Virus record (IMG/VR): IMGVR_UViG_2563366883_000009
Direction: 5' to 3' (one strand)
DNA: 7,046 nucleotides
Origin: a virus
Taxonomy: Duplodnaviria; Heunggongvirae; Uroviricota; Caudoviricetes
In this document: one piece after another, positions 6,265 through 7,046 of the stretch
Layout: every line of letters begins with the position of its first letter
How positions within the stretch are numbered: the stretch's first letter is position 1
Translations under genes and position numbers: made by a program
Notes under the pieces: model-generated
Told to the model about the DNA's origin: nothing
The model's input: only the letters and a program-made list of their open reading frames with translations
Databases searched by the model: none

Positions 6265-6516
6265 ATGACCCAAAAACGCAGAGACAGAACAGAGCCGAAA
6301 TATAAGGCGTTAGATATGGCTGAACTGGCTTTAAAGGTGGCAATCAGAACGATAGACCGCCACGCGGGGGAAGGATACGCGAAGGAGCATCCCGAACTGA
6401 TAAGCGCATTCATGACCACAGCGGCGGCAAACTTTGCCACGCTGACAGAAAGGGAGATTTCCGAAGCGGAACAGGTAACAACCATCAACGTTAAAACCGG
6501 AGAGGTGGAAGCATGA
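6265..6516 (+). CDS. Hypothetical small protein (83 aa from the internal ATG; the ORF track starts at TTG 6208 inside the repeat array)
   Basis: ATG at 6265 preceded by GAGAGG (6250-6255); the 6208 start would translate the iteron repeats themselves. Confidence 0.5.
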   Translation: MTQKRRDRTEPKYKALDMAELALKVAIRTIDRHAGEGYAKEHPELISAFMTTAAANFATLTEREISEAEQVTTINVKTGEVEA

Positions 6517-6818
6517 GCGAACCAAAATTTGGTGAAAAATTTTACAAGCACAACGGACGGATCACGATTCTGCAAATAAGCGCAGCTACACCAGGCTGGT
6601 GGGTTGAAACAGACGAAGGATCCTCACCCGTGGCATCATGGGCGCTTTGTGTGCTTAGTTACCCTGACCGCGATGTGTATCAGGATATTCTGCCTGTGAT
6701 ATCCACTGACAAAGGCATGAAACCCGTAGACATCAAAAACATGGGTTTTCAGTGCGTAATGCTCACTGAAAAAATGATGGAAGAGATGAAAAAGAACAAC
6801 GCCGGATCGCTTCACTGA
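6513..6818 (+). CDS. Hypothetical protein (101 aa)
   Basis: ATG at 6513 overlapping the upstream stop (ATGA); GGAGAGG RBS at 6499-6505. Confidence 0.6.
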   Translation: MSEPKFGEKFYKHNGRITILQISAATPGWWVETDEGSSPVASWALCVLSYPDRDVYQDILPVISTDKGMKPVDIKNMGFQCVMLTEKMMEEMKKNNAGSLH

Positions 6819-6827
6819 GGTGGCAAT

Positions 6828-7046
6828 ATGACAGCACAAATTGCAGCTTACGGGCGGCTGGTGGAGACAGACAAGGAACGGCATCACATCACGATGCGAC
6901 GGCTGGAATGTTCCAGGAAGGCACAGAGGCCACCGGAGCCGCCGGATAATTACGGAGACCTGAAAAAGGCGGTCGATCGCACTTATGCCGAAATGGGTAT
7001 GGATGGTGCTGGTGATGAAATATGGCGAAATTACCAGGACAGATAA
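6828..7046 (+). CDS. Hypothetical small protein (72 aa), complete; stop is the last codon of the window
   Basis: ATG at 6828 preceded by GAGGTGG (6817-6823); protein-like composition. Confidence 0.6.
   Translation: MTAQIAAYGRLVETDKERHHITMRRLECSRKAQRPPEPPDNYGDLKKAVDRTYAEMGMDGAGDEIWRNYQDR

Noticed and set aside
6146-6887. Minus-strand ORFs 6146-6343, 6171-6575, 6331-6525, 6636-6887
   Set aside because: They overlap the iteron region or the better-supported coupled plus-strand genes; translations are hydrophobic or Cys-rich nonsense-like; 6171-6575 would read through the repeat array.
1-7046. Known anti-phage defence system (restriction-modification, Abi, retron, CBASS or similar)
   Set aside because: No ORF is large enough or carries recognisable nuclease, methyltransferase, reverse transcriptase, cyclase or NTPase motifs apart from the replicative helicase; nothing supports such a call from sequence alone.

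Overview
This window looks like the integrase-proximal arm of an integrated satellite-like element (P4-like or Gram-negative PICI-like) in an enterobacterial-type background, judged from composition and gene content. Reading left to right: a P4-type tyrosine integrase (1-1230), a 365-bp intergenic hub with two blocks of 10-bp phased CA-rich repeats, an AlpA-family regulator (1596-1784), an ambiguous locus (1837-3114) where a 425-aa plus-strand ORF conflicts with an embedded minus-strand Arc/Mnt-like ribbon-helix-helix repressor gene, its terminator and operator-like repeats, then a chain of small translationally coupled plus-strand ORFs (2914-4667) running into a RepA/DnaB-like replicative helicase (4664-6064). 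Downstream of the helicase is an array of AAAAGTGAGG iteron-like repeats (6063-6255), a candidate replication origin, followed by three more small coupled ORFs. No tRNA, att site, CRISPR array or recognisable defence enzyme is visible; the att site would lie upstream of position 1. Nothing here matches a known defence or anti-defence system, so the candidate novel content is the Arc-like divergent switch and the unannotatable small-protein operon coupled to the replicase. All product calls rest on motif recognition by eye, not on database searches.
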